Part shown: in pieces, positions 62,681 through 64,000 of the stretch | Layout of the letters: each line of letters begins with the position of its first letter | Position numbering within the stretch: the first letter of the stretch is position 1 | Origin: Vicugna vicugna | Taxonomy: Eukaryota | NCBI GenBank assembly: GCA_013265495.1 | Contig: MU058037.1 | Coordinates: 250,001 to 314,000, forward strand | Length of the DNA stretch: 64,000 nucleotides | Reading direction: 5' to 3' | Program-made: the position numbers and the translations under genes | Notes under the pieces: model-generated | Seen by the model: only the letters and a program-made list of their open reading frames with translations | Databases searched by the model: none | Told to the model about the DNA's origin: nothing

Positions 62681-63722
62681 TCTAACAGGATTCCCTTGTA
62701 CAAACCAAGAACAAAACTGTTTTCAATAGAGAGTTACTCCTGATTCTTTCACCAATTCGGTATCATGGGACTTCATTGTCCTCTTGAAATATTGTCCTCA
62801 CTTTGCTCTGTCTACCTAGACCTGTAGTTCAAAGTCCAGGTTGGATTATATCTTTTCTTGAAGCTTCCTGTATGCCTAAAGCCCATGCTGTTTTGTTGCT
62901 ATTGTGAGAGAGGGCAGGAAATTGCCTAGATTTGTGTTGGTGTTTCCTACACTGAATATTTACCTGACAAATACTAATATTTATTGATTATTCAATTCAT
63001 GTTGGGCCCCCATATACATTTCTACCAGAAATGAGGAACTTTCTTTCCATATTGTATGTATTAGATATCGTATGTGGATTGTGAATAGTCAGTGGGCTTT
63101 CTCATTCAAAAATATAGGGTTATTAATTGACACAGTCTGTCATTGAGTTGAAATATCAAAATTGTGGTTTGCTTTATAAAATTTAGTTTTTGCCTAGGGT
63201 TCATTCCCAAGGATTTTGTAGCTCTCATCTTTTCTCAGTAAATTGATTCAAGAGCTGGAGGCAATGGTTTGCATGTCACTTCTGATGAAATATTTTTTAG
63301 TTTCTAATTGCTTGATGAATATTTTGTAGAGTGAGTGAATGAAAGTTTTATACCATGTGAAAGGAAGAAATGAAAAGATTGTGAAAAGGGTATTTGTGTG
63401 TGTGTGTGTATGTGTATTCCAGTAAGTCTGTTATGTTAGCTTCATTTCAAGAAGTTAGTACAGCATTTATTCTCTCCTGGGAGCATGGACCTGCTGGAAT
63501 GTCTGATGTGGAAAAGGACAGATGACCCACTCTAAGTCTCCTTGGTGCAGAATTCCATTTTCTCTTCGAATGCCAGCAGGAAAAAAGCTTTCTCTTGCTC
63601 TGGCATTGCTTAACAATGTGAGTTTCAGGCAGTTTCAGTTGTGGGAAGATTGTGACTGACAACTCTGGAATGAGAGAAGCCTCTGCCTTTAATCCCCTGC
63701 AAATAATGATGACAACTGTAGC

Positions 63723-64000
63723 ATATTAGTTAAGGTAATGTCAGCTGCTGAAAGAGAAACCTCCAACTCTCAGTCCTTTAAGACAATAAAAATTTATTTC
63801 TCATTCACAGTGCTGCTCATTAGCAGGCAGTTAAGCTCCTGTGATGATTTGGATACCTGGACTCCTTCCATCTTGTGGTTCCATTGCCTTCTGCTCTTAG
63901 CTTCCAAGGCCACATAGGAAAGGGTATGAATTATTATGTGTGGGATGGCTTTTATGGGCCAAGCTTGGAAGTGGTATTTATCTCCTTTGCTTACATTTTA
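63723..64000 (-). mobile_element. MaLR LTR (MLT1I/J-like), runs off window
   Basis: ATTAGTTAAGGTAATG...AATTTATTTCTCATTCAC...CTTCCATCTTGTGG...TTTTATGGGCCAAGCTTGGAAGTGG. Confidence 0.75.

Noticed and set aside
1..64000. CRISPR array, prokaryotic operon or novel multi-gene system
   Set aside because: No repeat-spacer array or gene-dense coding; sequence is mammalian non-coding DNA explained largely by known repeat classes.

Overview
Mammalian, AT-rich, repeat-dense non-coding DNA, most likely camelid, judged from two Vic-1-type tRNA-derived SINEs and no Alu, Bov-A or PRE-1. No intact protein-coding gene, RNA gene or CRISPR array is supported; most longer ORFs in the track fall inside dead L1 or LTR copies. 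The window looks like long introns of a + strand gene: the younger L1s and SINEs are all on the - strand, and two splice-bounded, uATG-rich candidate non-coding exons lie at ~786/838-919 and ~31675-31763. My unverified recollection suggests NCOA1 5'UTR exons. Best-supported structures: a full-length dead L1 with TSDs (20815-27411); a 5'-inverted twin-primed L1 with a ~50-nt overlap and a nested SINE (49552-52619); a four-level nest L2>MER5>L1>Tigger2 (9150-14415); a three-level nest Charlie4>L2>MER58A (29380-30682); a SINE with a hairpin-bearing 3' extension inside its TSDs (45698-45918); and a MER41-like LTR with STAT-type motifs (62061-62573). I found no convincing previously undescribed biological system. 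Family names come from remembered consensus sequences, not a database search, and boundaries of old repeats are approximate.
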